Below, in pieces: positions 10,301-19,903 of a DNA stretch of 29,257 bases (position 1 is its first letter; each line of letters starts with the position of its first letter). The stretch lies in IMG/VR virus record IMGVR_UViG_3300021431_000098; one strand, given 5' to 3'. Under the pieces are notes generated by a model. It was not told the origin of the DNA. It did no database searches and saw nothing but the letters and a program-made list of their open reading frames with translations. A program made the translations under genes and the position numbers. This DNA is from an uncultured virus (IMG/VR IMGVR_UViG_3300021431_000098) (lineage: Duplodnaviria; Heunggongvirae; Uroviricota; Caudoviricetes; Crassvirales).

Positions 10301-11123
10301 ATGCTTCTCCCATAGTAGTCATAGTGTTAATACCTCTAGCAGAATTTAAATATCTTTGTGCAGCATTTAAAGTTCTTCCCTCATTTATAGCTCTATCAGC
10401 ACCTGTTATAGTTCTAAGAGCTTTATGACCAAACTCACTAAATAGTTCTTCACCTTTAGCAAGTTTAGCAGCTTTAGATGCAGTTTGGTCTAATTTAGCA
10501 GCACCTGCAATAGTTTTAAATAATTTAGGAATACCTCTAGTTATAGCCATAGACGGAATAAGAAGAGTTAAAGAACTAGCTAAACTAGGAATATTGCTAG
10601 CAATCCAACCACTTCCCCATTTATATAAACCTCCTTCATCTATACTCATTCCAGGTGTAACATATATAGGAGCTACATCATTTCTTATAGCTTCTTGCCA
10701 ATCAACTAGAGTTCTAGTAATAGGATTTTGATAGTCATTATCATTTTTAGTAAATGCGTTTCCTATCATATCCATTAAATCAAAACCAGCGGTTACAGTC
10801 CCTAATGTTAATTCACTTACTGTTTGAACTAAAGAATTAAACATTTTAGCACCTGTACTTTGAGCTTCTGAAAGAGCTAAATCCATATCATCGTTAGGAT
10901 TCCAATTAAGACCATAACGTCTATACTTTTTAAGTTCTTCAGTAGGTGCAGATATTTGATTAGTTAAATCTTTCCTAACAATGTCTAAAACCTGATTTTG
11001 ATTAGCACCAAAATCAGGCATAATAAGTGTTTGAGGCTCTGTATTTTTCTTTGATTTAGGATTATAATTGGGATTTTTAACCTCAACTTGTCCTCTATTA
11101 TTTATAAAGTCTAGTACGTCCAT
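4383..11123 (-). CDS. Large virion cargo/ejection protein (2246 aa) with hydrophobic segments and a C-terminal zincin-like metallopeptidase motif
   Basis: Long ORF between the smaller cargo genes and the RNAP. Hydrophobic/Gly-rich stretches (WIASNIPSLASSLTLLIPSMAI; AAFWGVLGGIVFQGLG), a coiled-coil-like middle, and HExxH (LIHERLH, 5076-5090) followed by EEFLVESLT. Confidence 0.75.
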   Translation of the reverse strand: MDVLDFINNRGQVEVKNPNYNPKSKKNTEPQTLIMPDFGANQNQVLDIVRKDLTNQISAPTEELKKYRRYGLNWNPNDDMDLALSEAQSTGAKMFNSLVQTVSELTLGTVTAGFDLMDMIGNAFTKNDNDYQNPITRTLVDWQEAIRNDVAPIYVTPGMSIDEGGLYKWGSGWIASNIPSLASSLTLLIPSMAITRGIPKLFKTIAGAAKLDQTASKAAKLAKGEELFSEFGHKALRTITGADRAINEGRTLNAAQRYLNSARGINTMTTMGEAFISGSLQRIMENYQESRQTYDDTLPYNIDVLTKMRDNGKLDNWIANHADELDGVDTTNITEIAKRIASNAADKTFRIDMLNAGFDIFQMYLLRNSWKGLARPEHIKASVRDLNKQAAKEFGQTAATTTEATKIDWLKKAGKWTKNKLYDSPWVVKAQLSEGVEEAVNYVAQQEGMTYGKILLEQEQASPLDTRLESYIKNPQLHDAAFWGVLGGIVFQGLGSKFNQLQRTNELKARYKALGIDFKANKDIDSFIGLADLPDVEAQKTAIQNTAINTKNFLKNLADIEAGIDIYTSDRSKFTSNVEKEKAKQRLWTDYITDVTISAKVNGTLSLAKEFLADENVMNAFADAGVMSKEDAQSFVNSTLTQMEDIDHQMDNELIKLSHASAYLKQSVPAEYLCIIASKNIQSRAKIKNLEETVKDVKDRIAELKAQESNIKLFEQLGFTEDMLKTNEQLVELSRLYVQRRYYQDINKDGLNLSARISLQKINKQIETIENSIEYPNVVYAIALSLGMKVNDKGEIVNVDEKELKEKVNYIDRLLVNRQGQVAGNVQTIEGLDFLNDKYRKALTDAEVDDFRKIQKAVSNDGTLQKFREANPELYTLLINESEYTKAINAIKSDIVDNTDDLKREVENLDESMNIAKRDAINLSRVNIVELYKKYGNVLKKAINDFYDNAKDFTNNNTTLEEKDKNTLIQALKVLDITNQTDNSSIDNIFRLFDKEDALKASQKQTDTEPKNDGRDNSPQAGQKPPKSSENGKNGGVSDPNLTQPKEILLSENGKTYAKLKPTDSDNLYELEIVDRNHTKTIELLNNVKFYQKQTDIISDNWEITTKPIVFTKNGKLENSVVREKGIISPKAAAPQSEEQYDEYGNPIPSFSSMGGEEQTYDEIPPQAPNAAEIDDTLTDEDFFSATTISTSIVRKGRNLLVNYPDATDEQIDKFINDLIEGDTDYSNTTLEIQAFARKQIEGALRRMFKANKSNKVYSKVVDIFNPEVKKLDAYISLLQAYVDTTNKQKLDGKYYIHVDNLLRYIKNLFDINKDSAKDDIIIKALYNDMLVLSKNGKAKQIGDFVICDMEAVINDAFLSHIYDDRINSLQDKLRDSTFDIDVTSYSRYVQDDDNRDAKIQAFFEGLDELNDGDELEFGYLEVDGEEDEARLQFMKNGKVVGTTPIARRVADETNKTGVYHIINEGWNIDILTDGNDNIIESKVRDLFKSIMLDSKYKKLFDIIWEYTYNDKANVSQLYDDFVNAIKTLGINDFIYFDKKRNDYRYDEALEHLSKLFKYIQADYSDIFNAPDEIKDELSQNIDIWFEYINNHYGLADEIDKSLQGGKTVKVTVAKAPNVYVRFTDKEDFRVMSEALPVNPNLDIYKIAVAKKPGFLDVSGKGSLSFVQNDRQSLPYLVIYEKGTPKVALAHVVSVKDKSISEDAKHIVNAAKADLVKELQNAISNRTPIKNAFYKYFTTTTSNKKLFGGVKLKSENGIITFKKGNTELGRIEKGEAKINNESVSIATLVNTIFDNAIFNISFGGISDDSKQVNTKTQDAGFYRENGKLVIEVGDEKFVYDSYNQFIISNNLLKVTLQRSEDGKSNRMTSKEAAENGLSVRWTVAISTPPVEEMNENNVSTTNTSAINVNTTRNSIFNILNSRKHNKGYAILDLLPDTSNTKKQLLKVKNFLDTAIGAYGNKSLLPDNIKYKEELGNKYYAEYVIGTGITYVSPKWIELFENNPETAIKKLIHERLHAILNNGNEEYISRIKSIYNEYKSILDNTSSDKYKSLIDLLAPNYPSDSDISLEDYLRSYLFEDNTNENERFEEFLVESLTSNSLSFILNNIESENIDKSNNKKNLLQRIFEFLSDLFGWGINENSLYEKEFYALSDIFDNTPVENVEGEKTDGEKEKGPENEEDEDEDDIIKPIDADRFSTIEDKFTKNRNDINLGNFSNINTFLSTIPFEDRAQIREELENGNINITCK
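5447..5462 (-). repeat. Dispersed motif copy 2 (CCCCCCGTAGAAGAAA)
   Basis: Inside the 2246-aa gene, encoding PPVEE. Confidence 0.8.
7657..7672 (+). repeat. Dispersed motif copy 3, variant (CCCCCCATAGAAGAAA)
   Basis: Inside the 2246-aa gene, encoding FSSMGG. One mismatch to copy 2. Confidence 0.7.
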
Positions 11124-11128
11124 ATTAT

Positions 11129-12991
11129 TTATTCAGCTTTATAAACACCATAAAGATTTAAAACATCTATTATAGAGTTGTATATATAATACATGTGATT
11201 TAATTTATTAGCAGTACCTTGAGTAAATTGTTTTCTATATTTATCTGCTAATGTTCCGCCAGCTCCCATATAATCGAATAAACTTTCATTTACAGTTCCA
11301 TCAGCATTTGTTAATTTCATAGGAGTTAAATCAGAATTAAGAAGAACATCATCTTTAAATATATCATTAACAGCTTTTATAGACATTTGTCTAGCCATTT
11401 TTCTAAAATCTTTAACAGCATCTTCGTTAATAAAGTTTCCATCTTCATTAAGATATTGTTCTGGAAGATTTTCAATTGCTTTTCTTATAATTAAATCTTC
11501 ATTTATAAGATTAAGCATATCTTGTTCTGAATAGGTCTGACCTGTATTTTCATCAATTCCATCTTTACCATTCACACATTTAAGCTTCTTACCGTCATAA
11601 GTTCTATAAGACATTCCATAATCAAGCATATCATTTCTTTGTAATATAGCTTGAACTTCACTATCATTATCAATTCTTTGTTGTATTTGTTCTGTAAACA
11701 AACCTGGAATAAATACTTGAACCCTTCTAGACTTAAGCATCTCATCAGGAGTATCATCCCTACTAAGATTTTTATTAGGAACTTGTTGAGCATCGATGCT
11801 TATAAACGTACCAACTTGCCCATTATATACAGCTCCCATTAAATGCATATCTTTTGTATCAGCAGTAGAAATATAAGTAACTAAATCACTCCTTTTCTTA
11901 TTATCCATGTCAACCATAGTTTCATCAGTAACCTCTTTATTAAATCCATTACTAAGCATTTTATAATTTCCACTTCCGATACTTTTAATCAAAGAAAGTT
12001 CAGTATTGCAATTTTCTTTTATTAAAGCATTATATGTAGTTAAATCTATTTCACCAGCATTAAAAGCATTAGTTAATCTTTCCCAATCATCACTGAGATT
12101 TCCTATAAGAGTACCAGAATAAGTTTTATTTTGTATTCCTGCATTTTTAATAACAGATTCTTTAATATTATTTGCGTTATATAAATTTCTGTTATAATCC
12201 GCTACTGTAAGCATATTAACATCAACTGGTCTATCACCTTTATTAAAACTTCCCCAACCACCAGCTATGTCATTTACTACAATGGTATAATTTCCTTTAT
12301 TATCTATAGCTCTAACATTTATGCCAGCAATTCTTTCTGGTTCATACCATTTTCTTTTATGAGAAGTATAACTCATAAGAGCATCAAAATATTGGTCTCC
12401 TGGTTTAGCTTTAACAACAGCTCTACCATCTTTATAACTAAGATTATCACCAATACGTTGCTTAAACTGATTTATATCTATGTTATTAGCTTCAAGAAAT
12501 GATTCTAAACTATCTACACCATCTTTAGCTAGAAAATCTAGTCCAAGTAATTTTCTTCCAACATTAGGCTGAAATGTAAATTCTAATGCAGTAGTGGCAG
12601 TAGCATTTGGGTCATCAATGTCTTTATAAAACCCAAATTGCTTTCTAGCTTCATATTCAACTCCAGCATAAGGATTTTTATCTCTATTATTTCTTATCCA
12701 GCCATCTTCATTTCTATGTTCTAGAAATTGCATTGCATTCCATTGCTCACTTCCCTCGCTTATTGTTCCATAAATAGCATTTCTTCTTGCACCCTCACGT
12801 CTAATTGTTTCTTTATAATGATTCCATTCAGCTCTTTTTTGAGGGTCATCAAATATATAATTAGACATATAAGCTACAGCATCATCATAATTATGGTCAT
12901 TTATATATTGTTGAAACTTCCCTTTATCAAAAGGAGAAGCTTCTTTACTCATAGGATTTGAGTATACATATCCATCATATCTTTTTCTCAT
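11129..12991 (-). CDS. Putative virion cargo/ejection protein (620 aa)
   Basis: Long ORF tightly packed in the cargo cluster. Function is inferred from position only. Confidence 0.55.
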   Translation of the reverse strand: MRKRYDGYVYSNPMSKEASPFDKGKFQQYINDHNYDDAVAYMSNYIFDDPQKRAEWNHYKETIRREGARRNAIYGTISEGSEQWNAMQFLEHRNEDGWIRNNRDKNPYAGVEYEARKQFGFYKDIDDPNATATTALEFTFQPNVGRKLLGLDFLAKDGVDSLESFLEANNIDINQFKQRIGDNLSYKDGRAVVKAKPGDQYFDALMSYTSHKRKWYEPERIAGINVRAIDNKGNYTIVVNDIAGGWGSFNKGDRPVDVNMLTVADYNRNLYNANNIKESVIKNAGIQNKTYSGTLIGNLSDDWERLTNAFNAGEIDLTTYNALIKENCNTELSLIKSIGSGNYKMLSNGFNKEVTDETMVDMDNKKRSDLVTYISTADTKDMHLMGAVYNGQVGTFISIDAQQVPNKNLSRDDTPDEMLKSRRVQVFIPGLFTEQIQQRIDNDSEVQAILQRNDMLDYGMSYRTYDGKKLKCVNGKDGIDENTGQTYSEQDMLNLINEDLIIRKAIENLPEQYLNEDGNFINEDAVKDFRKMARQMSIKAVNDIFKDDVLLNSDLTPMKLTNADGTVNESLFDYMGAGGTLADKYRKQFTQGTANKLNHMYYIYNSIIDVLNLYGVYKAE

Positions 12992-13010
12992 AATTTATCA
13001 ATTTAAATGA

Positions 13011-14171
13011 TTAAAACATATTTAATGCACCATTAACAGCACCATTTAAATTTCCGCCATTATATCCACTGGCTTCTGCTAAAGGAGCATTAGCTGTTTG
13101 CGTCTTTACATAAGGGTTTAAATACTGATAACCACCACTACCAGAACCACTTCCTCTAGAACCACTAGATACATCATTATAAGTGTTAGCAGATTCTACA
13201 TTTTTTACATCAAAATCTTCAGCACTTGGAGAGTTATAAACCCATTTAATAGTATAATCTTCATAATTACTACATCCGTCTAACATTTTATTTCTAAAGT
13301 CAATCTCTTGTTTCAAACGAATAGCATCAGCAGTAGTTTTATCCTCCATTGCGTCATATTCTTTTTCTTTTTGACCAAGAGTGTATTTATCTACTGCCCA
13401 TCTTTGTTCAAGACCAGATATAGCATCAGGAGCTCCAGCTAAATAATGTTGTAATGCAGTACGTATTTCGCTAGCATCTAACCATTGTACAGAAGAACTT
13501 GAATTGTCATATCCAGTTTTACCTGAAGTTCCAAGTTGCTTATTAGCCCAATTTCTAGTGTTAGGATTACTTGTACTACCACTTCTAGAATGAATAGGAA
13601 GCGATTTAGCTATAGCCTCAACAACTGCATGAAGATTTATATCAGCAACAGGATTCACAGGATTAAACTCTCTATACCCTATAACATTACCATTTTCATT
13701 ATGTATATCTTCATAATTATACTTGACTTTTTCTCTAAACATCTTTTTGGTATTTTCACCAATAGTTTTGTTATTGTTTAAATTATCAAGCCATTCAGTA
13801 TATTTTTTATTATTTTCAGCTCTGTAAAGAAAACCTTTGTCATTTGCTAATTCTCCACCAGCTTGTTTATATAATCTAGCTGCTTCACCAAAATCACCTC
13901 TATTTAAAGCATCTTTAGCATTAGCTGTAAGTTCTTCAGCTCTTTTATCAAACCAATTTCTGTCATCAGCATGTAAAGACATTCTAGCTTCTCCTAAAGC
14001 AACATTTATGGCTGCATTTTGTTCTGCTGCTTGATTTTGTCTTTGCTCTCTATCTTTAATAGATTGAGCTAGAAGATTAACATCTCCTAGCTTTGGTGTG
14101 ATTGTAGTCCCTTGAAATACATAAGGATTATAATCTTGTATATCTAAAACTTGTCCGTATTGTCTTGGCAT
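13011..14171 (-). CDS. Putative virion cargo/ejection protein (386 aa)
   Basis: Helical-looking ORF with a Gly/Ser-rich C-terminus, directly after the first cargo gene. Function is inferred from synteny. Confidence 0.55.
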   Translation of the reverse strand: MPRQYGQVLDIQDYNPYVFQGTTITPKLGDVNLLAQSIKDREQRQNQAAEQNAAINVALGEARMSLHADDRNWFDKRAEELTANAKDALNRGDFGEAARLYKQAGGELANDKGFLYRAENNKKYTEWLDNLNNNKTIGENTKKMFREKVKYNYEDIHNENGNVIGYREFNPVNPVADINLHAVVEAIAKSLPIHSRSGSTSNPNTRNWANKQLGTSGKTGYDNSSSSVQWLDASEIRTALQHYLAGAPDAISGLEQRWAVDKYTLGQKEKEYDAMEDKTTADAIRLKQEIDFRNKMLDGCSNYEDYTIKWVYNSPSAEDFDVKNVESANTYNDVSSGSRGSGSGSGGYQYLNPYVKTQTANAPLAEASGYNGGNLNGAVNGALNMF

Positions 14172-14183
14172 AATATTTGTATT

Positions 14184-15935
14184 TTAAGCGAAGTTAAACT
14201 GTGATTTAAGACCTGCAACCATATTTGGATTACTATTTTTATATCTATTATATAACCATTCTGCAAGACTCCTATTATTTGTACTTGATGCAACGTTTAT
14301 TTGAACACTTGGGTCTTGACCATATATCAAATAATCAAGATTCATTTGATTTGCATTAAGCTCATTAATAGTATTACTCCAACTATCAGCAGATTTATTA
14401 ACAGCATTTCCTAATCCTCCAAGAGCACCAGAAACCCCACTAGCCCAAGCTCTAGAACGTCCAAGTGCAGCATCAGCATTAGCACCAAGCATAGTACCAA
14501 GAGCATTGTTATAAGTTTCAGCATTAAATTGCATACCTCTAAGTTTAAGGTCAGCAATATTTTGATTAGCACGCATTTGATTCTCAGCATTAAACTGACT
14601 TGTCTTAGTTAGAGTATCAGCATTTGCAATAGCAATTCTATTTCTAAGTTCAGCATCAGTATCTGCTAATTTACTTCTAGCATCAGTATAATTTGTAAGA
14701 GCTGTTGCTAATTTATCTTGACCAGCTGCTGCACTTCTAGTGTCTCTTCTCAAACTTCTTCTTAATGTTTGATAATTTCTTTCTAAAGCTCCTTGCTGAC
14801 CTGTAGTTTGGTCTGTAATTGCAGCCAAACTTGCAACAGCCTTAGGAGCTTTAAAATCATTTGCTAAATCATCGACACTAACATATCTCATTCTATCAGG
14901 AAGTCCTGCATATTGAGCAGCTGCGTTTCTATATCCTCTTGCTTGAATACCTGCACCAATAAGTCCGCCTACGCCACTAAGAAGAGCTCCACCTACATTA
15001 CCAATGGTATTTATAGTTGCAGCACGTCTAGCAGTATCGTAATATTTATTAGTATCAAAACCAGAATAAATATTAGAATAAGAAGAATTTGACGGTATAT
15101 ACGAAGGACTGTAATTAGGAATAAATGTATTACCTATAGTACGTCCAAAAGTATTATTATAAGGATAATCAAAACCTCCTCTTCTTCTACCAAAATTCCA
15201 ATCTTGAGTATAATTTACAGGAAGACCCCAAGCAGCTTTACTTCTTTTTAAACTTCTTCTATACATTTTCTTATTTATTTCTTGATTAGCAAAAGCTTCA
15301 TCAAAAGTCATATTTCCACTTTCAACTTCTGCCGTAGGATTAAAACCGTTTTTAGTATGTTTACTAAGTATTTTTGCTTGAACATTTTCATATTCAGGAA
15401 GTTTCATTGGTTCGCCTCCTTCAGCCTCAATTTCTTGACCATCGTTAAATCTTAAAATAATGCCACCCTTTTCATGGCTTCTACCATTTAAAACTCCTAC
15501 AAGACCTGTGCCATCATTACCAATTGGAATAAATTCACCACCTCTCAAAACTCTAAAAGGAATAGCATCATTGCCATTCCTAAGTTTTCTTCTAGCTACT
15601 TTCCCACCTTTTCTCAATACTATTCTATTCATATTATAGATTGATTTAGCATTTTCTCCTCCCATTTGCATTGCTTCATTTAAAGAAGATGTTGCCATAA
15701 GCTGTCTATTCTTTTCATTCTCACTTTTCATAACATCTATCATTTGATTTTGAAGCTTAACTGCATTTTCATTTTGTTGTCTAATTCCATCAGCATACAT
15801 TTTTGCTTGTTCTTCTTGAGCTTTTGATTGCTGATAACTTCCAATAACATTTCCTAAAGCTCCAATACCTGCACTAATCAACGCTCCCCAAATAGCTTTA
15901 GGTCGAGTATCTCGTTTTAAACTACACCTTTTCAT
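14184..15935 (-). CDS. Cargo protein 1-like DNA ejection/pilot protein (583 aa)
   Basis: Directly downstream of the muzzle gene. Gly-zipper hydrophobic helices (GALISAGIGALGNVIG; GNVGGALLSGVGGLIGAG; SGVSGALGGLGNAV), Gln/Asn/Ala-rich coiled regions, and the GRSHEKGGI...EAEGGE motif I recognise from crAss cargo proteins. Confidence 0.7.
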   Translation of the reverse strand: MKRCSLKRDTRPKAIWGALISAGIGALGNVIGSYQQSKAQEEQAKMYADGIRQQNENAVKLQNQMIDVMKSENEKNRQLMATSSLNEAMQMGGENAKSIYNMNRIVLRKGGKVARRKLRNGNDAIPFRVLRGGEFIPIGNDGTGLVGVLNGRSHEKGGIILRFNDGQEIEAEGGEPMKLPEYENVQAKILSKHTKNGFNPTAEVESGNMTFDEAFANQEINKKMYRRSLKRSKAAWGLPVNYTQDWNFGRRRGGFDYPYNNTFGRTIGNTFIPNYSPSYIPSNSSYSNIYSGFDTNKYYDTARRAATINTIGNVGGALLSGVGGLIGAGIQARGYRNAAAQYAGLPDRMRYVSVDDLANDFKAPKAVASLAAITDQTTGQQGALERNYQTLRRSLRRDTRSAAAGQDKLATALTNYTDARSKLADTDAELRNRIAIANADTLTKTSQFNAENQMRANQNIADLKLRGMQFNAETYNNALGTMLGANADAALGRSRAWASGVSGALGGLGNAVNKSADSWSNTINELNANQMNLDYLIYGQDPSVQINVASSTNNRSLAEWLYNRYKNSNPNMVAGLKSQFNFA

Positions 15936-18900
15936 AGTTTTTAAAATTAATATTTAGATTTTCAAATTTAAAATTCTTTTTATTAGCACCAAAAATAAAT
16001 CTAACAACAATATATTTGCCATGAATTAAAGCCATATTATCAGAGATATAATCACTATTTGTATTTTTAATATCTCTGAAATAATTCATTGTCCATATAC
16101 CATTGTTATATCTAGGATATTGATAACTATTTGCACTATTTATTTGTTGACTATTTTGTTCTGTACCTATAGGAAGTAAATCACTCCAAGTTTGGTCACT
16201 ATAAACTCTGATACTATCTCCACCATATTCACTTATTAATTCTTCAGCGACATTATAAGGATTTTCTCCAACATAATCGTTTATGTTATTACAAATCCAA
16301 TGAATGTGACTAAGATATTTAATTACTTCAAATCCATCATTTACAATAACATCAATACAGGAACCTACAGAATCTTCATTGAAAGATGCTTCGTCGCTAA
16401 TAGTTAAAACAGAAGGATAATTATTAACATAAGAACCAAAATCTTTATAGTTAACTTTAAGAAAGTTACTACCTTTAATAAAGTATGTATTCAATCTACT
16501 ATTAAAAGCATGAGTATAATCAATATCGTGAATAGAAACAAATGACTTTGATATAAAACTATATGACAAACAAATCACTTGTTTTGTATCATCAACAACT
16601 TTACTTAGAGTGATAAAAAATCTATTATTAGCATCATCAGAAACAAAAGTAACATCAGTTGGTTCAAACCAATCAATTATCTTTCTTACGGGGGGTGTGA
16701 TATTTTGTATACCAGACTGATTATCGTAACTATAAATATTCCTTACTAAACTATCATAAAAGATATATCCATTAAAAGTAATAAGAGCATGTTCTTTATT
16801 TTGTAGTCCACCATGTCCATATTGACTATCAACTATTTCTGTAATACCTATTTCAAAAGGAGAACTTTCACCAACTCCAACTTCTTTATTAGAACTATAT
16901 AAATTGTCACCTACCTTTAAAAGAGAACTATCAGTAAACTTAAATAATCCGTGTTCTGTATGAACAAATATTTCATTATTTATACTAAAAAGATTTACAA
17001 TAATTCCTCTATTAGTAGGAACATTATAATAATCTTCTGCATCAAATTTATAAATACTTCTAAAAACTTCATCAACATCTATATTACTAGAACGTACAGT
17101 ATTATCAAAAACTGTAAAGGTTTTATCATCTATTGTATTGTAATATTTGCGAATATACTCTTTATACATTAAAGGTAAATCGTAAATAAGACTACAATTT
17201 TGACTATTTACAGAAACAATCCATTGTTGCTCTTGTGTTTCTTTTGTCACACTTCCATCATCAATAGTTTCTGTTTGTTTATTCCAAGTTCTAAAACCTT
17301 TATTTAAATTTTCTCTTAAAGTAAGAACATTTAAATTAAAATTCGACCAAATATAAAAATAATCAGTAACTTTTAATTCTATAGAATCATTTATTTCATC
17401 TAATACAGAATTATTTTCGGTTATATTTTTTTCAAATACATCAAATCCACTTACATATATTTTATCAGCATAAGTTCTGTTTAGTTTAGTAACTTCACAA
17501 ACAAATCCAGGTAAATTAAAATTATCATCATAAATTGTTGTTACAGGAGAAGTAGTATCTAATAAAATGAAAGGAGTAATTTTTATTAAATTACTAACAT
17601 CATTAGTATCAATTGTCATTGGAAATTTGACAAAATAAGGAGTATCCGAAACTGTTCCTGCATTTATAAAACCTGCTGTTCCAAAATAATTTGTTAGTTC
17701 TGTATTACTACCATGATATTTTGCTTTATCAGTAAGTTTTAGATATTGACCAGAAGCATTATGTCTACCTAATTCCAACAATTCATTAGAAGAATACAAT
17801 AAAGCATCTAATTCAATACAGTCATATAAATTATTTTCTGTATCAGTATCAATCAGAGTAGCAATATTATTTTCAGTTTTTACACAACTTATAAAACAAG
17901 CAGTATATCCTGTTGGCTTTTGTATATTAGAAAACGTAGGATATATAACAAAAGGTTCTATTCCTGGAAGAAATGGGTATCTACTAGGAACAGTCCATTC
18001 TGCTTCTCCTATTTCAAAACCATTTGTTACTATACCATTATCTTTTACATAATGAATATAAAATTTATATTTTGTAAATGGCATTAATGTTCTAATATTT
18101 TCATGAACATCATATGTCTCAATTGGTGCTATTGCGTTAGGGGTTAAAAATATTTTCCCATCATCACACTTTTTACAATTCGAAGAATCTATTTTAACTA
18201 AAGATATATGAGTATCTATCCCATTTGGATAATATGCTTTTCTATCCCATGCAATATTTCCAGTATCATTATACGATACAGCAACTTCGTTATAATTTGA
18301 TATATAGAAATATGAAAATTCTATTTGGTTTAACTTTAAATAAACATCATTATTGTTAACTTGTGTTTTTACATATATTAGTCCGTCATGCCCTATATGT
18401 GTTATTTTAGATTGTACTTCAGGTAGCCCTAATATATAGTTTTTAACATCTCCAAAATCACAATATTTAAGATCATCATTAAATAATTTATTAGTATTTG
18501 CAACAATTACAGGATAATCAGAACCGTCTGATGCTAAACTGTTTAAAGCTGCATTAACTTCAGTACTTTTATTAAAAACATCTATAGCATATTCATCAGT
18601 ACCAAGCTCACAATTTAAAAAAATACTATAAATACAACATTTTTTAATTTTGTTTATTGTCTGTGTTCGTACAGCATTAGGAAAAGCTATATGTAAACTG
18701 TTATTAACATTATTTTCATTAATTGTAGAATTTATAACTTCTTCATTATTTAAAACTTTTCCTATTTGTGAAAAATTACCATCTACAGTTATTTTATCGT
18801 AATATCCGTCAGTATTTTCTGATAATGCATTTTTATTTATACCATTGCCATTTATGATTTTATCCATTGGCTGTATTGCTAAATAAACATTTACTTTATC

Positions 18901-19902
18901 AGCATACTCTTGTAAATCAGGATTCAAATCACTTTCAACATAATTACTAACATATAGTTTGTTTTTATAACTAACTACATTTTTAGCATTATATATATCA
19001 TAACTAACATTAAAGAAATCATCAACTAATACTTCTTCTATAAAATTTTTATTATAATCAAAATATATCCTAGAAGTATTAAGTTTAAACGATTTCCAGC
19101 TTCTACCAACAGTAGCATTATTTGATGAAACTATAAATCCTATTTGAAATTCTTTATAGTTTCTAATATATTCTGGTTTTAAATGAACAACATCAAATAT
19201 AAAACTTTTTCCACAATCCTCATTTAAATCAACATATTTTAAAGATCCTTGAATAGTATTTATTTTCTTAGGATTTCCAGCATATAATTCTTTAGTAGCA
19301 GGAAACCAATTAGTATAAAACCCATTACGGACTTTATATCTAATAAAAAATTGATAAACACCATTTGGTATTGTAGCATTATAATATCCTACAAAATTAA
19401 GATTTGTTAATGGTATATTAGGATTTTGTGTATATGTACTTTCATCATCAGAAGTTTTACATTCTGATAAATTAATATGTTTAAGAGGAACTAATTTCTC
19501 ACAATCATATTCAGAAATAGTAAGTATTCTTTGATTAGTATTATTGGTAGTAACACAACCTGTTATTTTTCCACCATGATATGTCCAATTACATGGGACA
19601 ACATTTAATATTTTAGATACTTCATTGTATTCATATATACGATAATCTGTATCAACTTGCATAAATAAATATATGCAAGAATTTACTCCAACTATATGTC
19701 CCAAATATGTACTAGGAGTTCCAAATCCTGTGATATCAGATAAATCTATAGCTCTATTATTTGCTATAATTTCATTTATAGAATTATCTCGACCTATACT
19801 TCCATCAAGATTTACCTTAACATTTTTAGCAAATACTAAGCTATTACTCTCAACATCTTGAGGAGTTTTATTTAAACTTAATTTAGGAATAATGTGTCCC
19901 AT
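15922..19902 (-). CDS. Tail muzzle / tail stabilisation protein (P22 gp10-like), about 1326 aa
   Basis: Beta-rich protein of about 1300 aa between the ring protein and cargo 1. N-terminal KLSLNKTP...LVFAKNVK, plus GVYQFFIRYK, GGLQ and C-terminal IHGKYIVVRF. The ATG at 19902 (MGHIIPK), just after the upstream stop at 19904, is preferred to the TTG at 19926. Confidence 0.8.
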   Translation of the reverse strand: MGHIIPKLSLNKTPQDVESNSLVFAKNVKVNLDGSIGRDNSINEIIANNRAIDLSDITGFGTPSTYLGHIVGVNSCIYLFMQVDTDYRIYEYNEVSKILNVVPCNWTYHGGKITGCVTTNNTNQRILTISEYDCEKLVPLKHINLSECKTSDDESTYTQNPNIPLTNLNFVGYYNATIPNGVYQFFIRYKVRNGFYTNWFPATKELYAGNPKKINTIQGSLKYVDLNEDCGKSFIFDVVHLKPEYIRNYKEFQIGFIVSSNNATVGRSWKSFKLNTSRIYFDYNKNFIEEVLVDDFFNVSYDIYNAKNVVSYKNKLYVSNYVESDLNPDLQEYADKVNVYLAIQPMDKIINGNGINKNALSENTDGYYDKITVDGNFSQIGKVLNNEEVINSTINENNVNNSLHIAFPNAVRTQTINKIKKCCIYSIFLNCELGTDEYAIDVFNKSTEVNAALNSLASDGSDYPVIVANTNKLFNDDLKYCDFGDVKNYILGLPEVQSKITHIGHDGLIYVKTQVNNNDVYLKLNQIEFSYFYISNYNEVAVSYNDTGNIAWDRKAYYPNGIDTHISLVKIDSSNCKKCDDGKIFLTPNAIAPIETYDVHENIRTLMPFTKYKFYIHYVKDNGIVTNGFEIGEAEWTVPSRYPFLPGIEPFVIYPTFSNIQKPTGYTACFISCVKTENNIATLIDTDTENNLYDCIELDALLYSSNELLELGRHNASGQYLKLTDKAKYHGSNTELTNYFGTAGFINAGTVSDTPYFVKFPMTIDTNDVSNLIKITPFILLDTTSPVTTIYDDNFNLPGFVCEVTKLNRTYADKIYVSGFDVFEKNITENNSVLDEINDSIELKVTDYFYIWSNFNLNVLTLRENLNKGFRTWNKQTETIDDGSVTKETQEQQWIVSVNSQNCSLIYDLPLMYKEYIRKYYNTIDDKTFTVFDNTVRSSNIDVDEVFRSIYKFDAEDYYNVPTNRGIIVNLFSINNEIFVHTEHGLFKFTDSSLLKVGDNLYSSNKEVGVGESSPFEIGITEIVDSQYGHGGLQNKEHALITFNGYIFYDSLVRNIYSYDNQSGIQNITPPVRKIIDWFEPTDVTFVSDDANNRFFITLSKVVDDTKQVICLSYSFISKSFVSIHDIDYTHAFNSRLNTYFIKGSNFLKVNYKDFGSYVNNYPSVLTISDEASFNEDSVGSCIDVIVNDGFEVIKYLSHIHWICNNINDYVGENPYNVAEELISEYGGDSIRVYSDQTWSDLLPIGTEQNSQQINSANSYQYPRYNNGIWTMNYFRDIKNTNSDYISDNMALIHGKYIVVRFIFGANKKNFKFENLNINFKNYEKV
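16682..16695 (-). repeat. Dispersed motif copy 4 (CCCCCCGTAAGAAA)
   Basis: Inside the muzzle gene, encoding PPVRK. Confidence 0.75.
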
Positions 19903-19903
19903 A

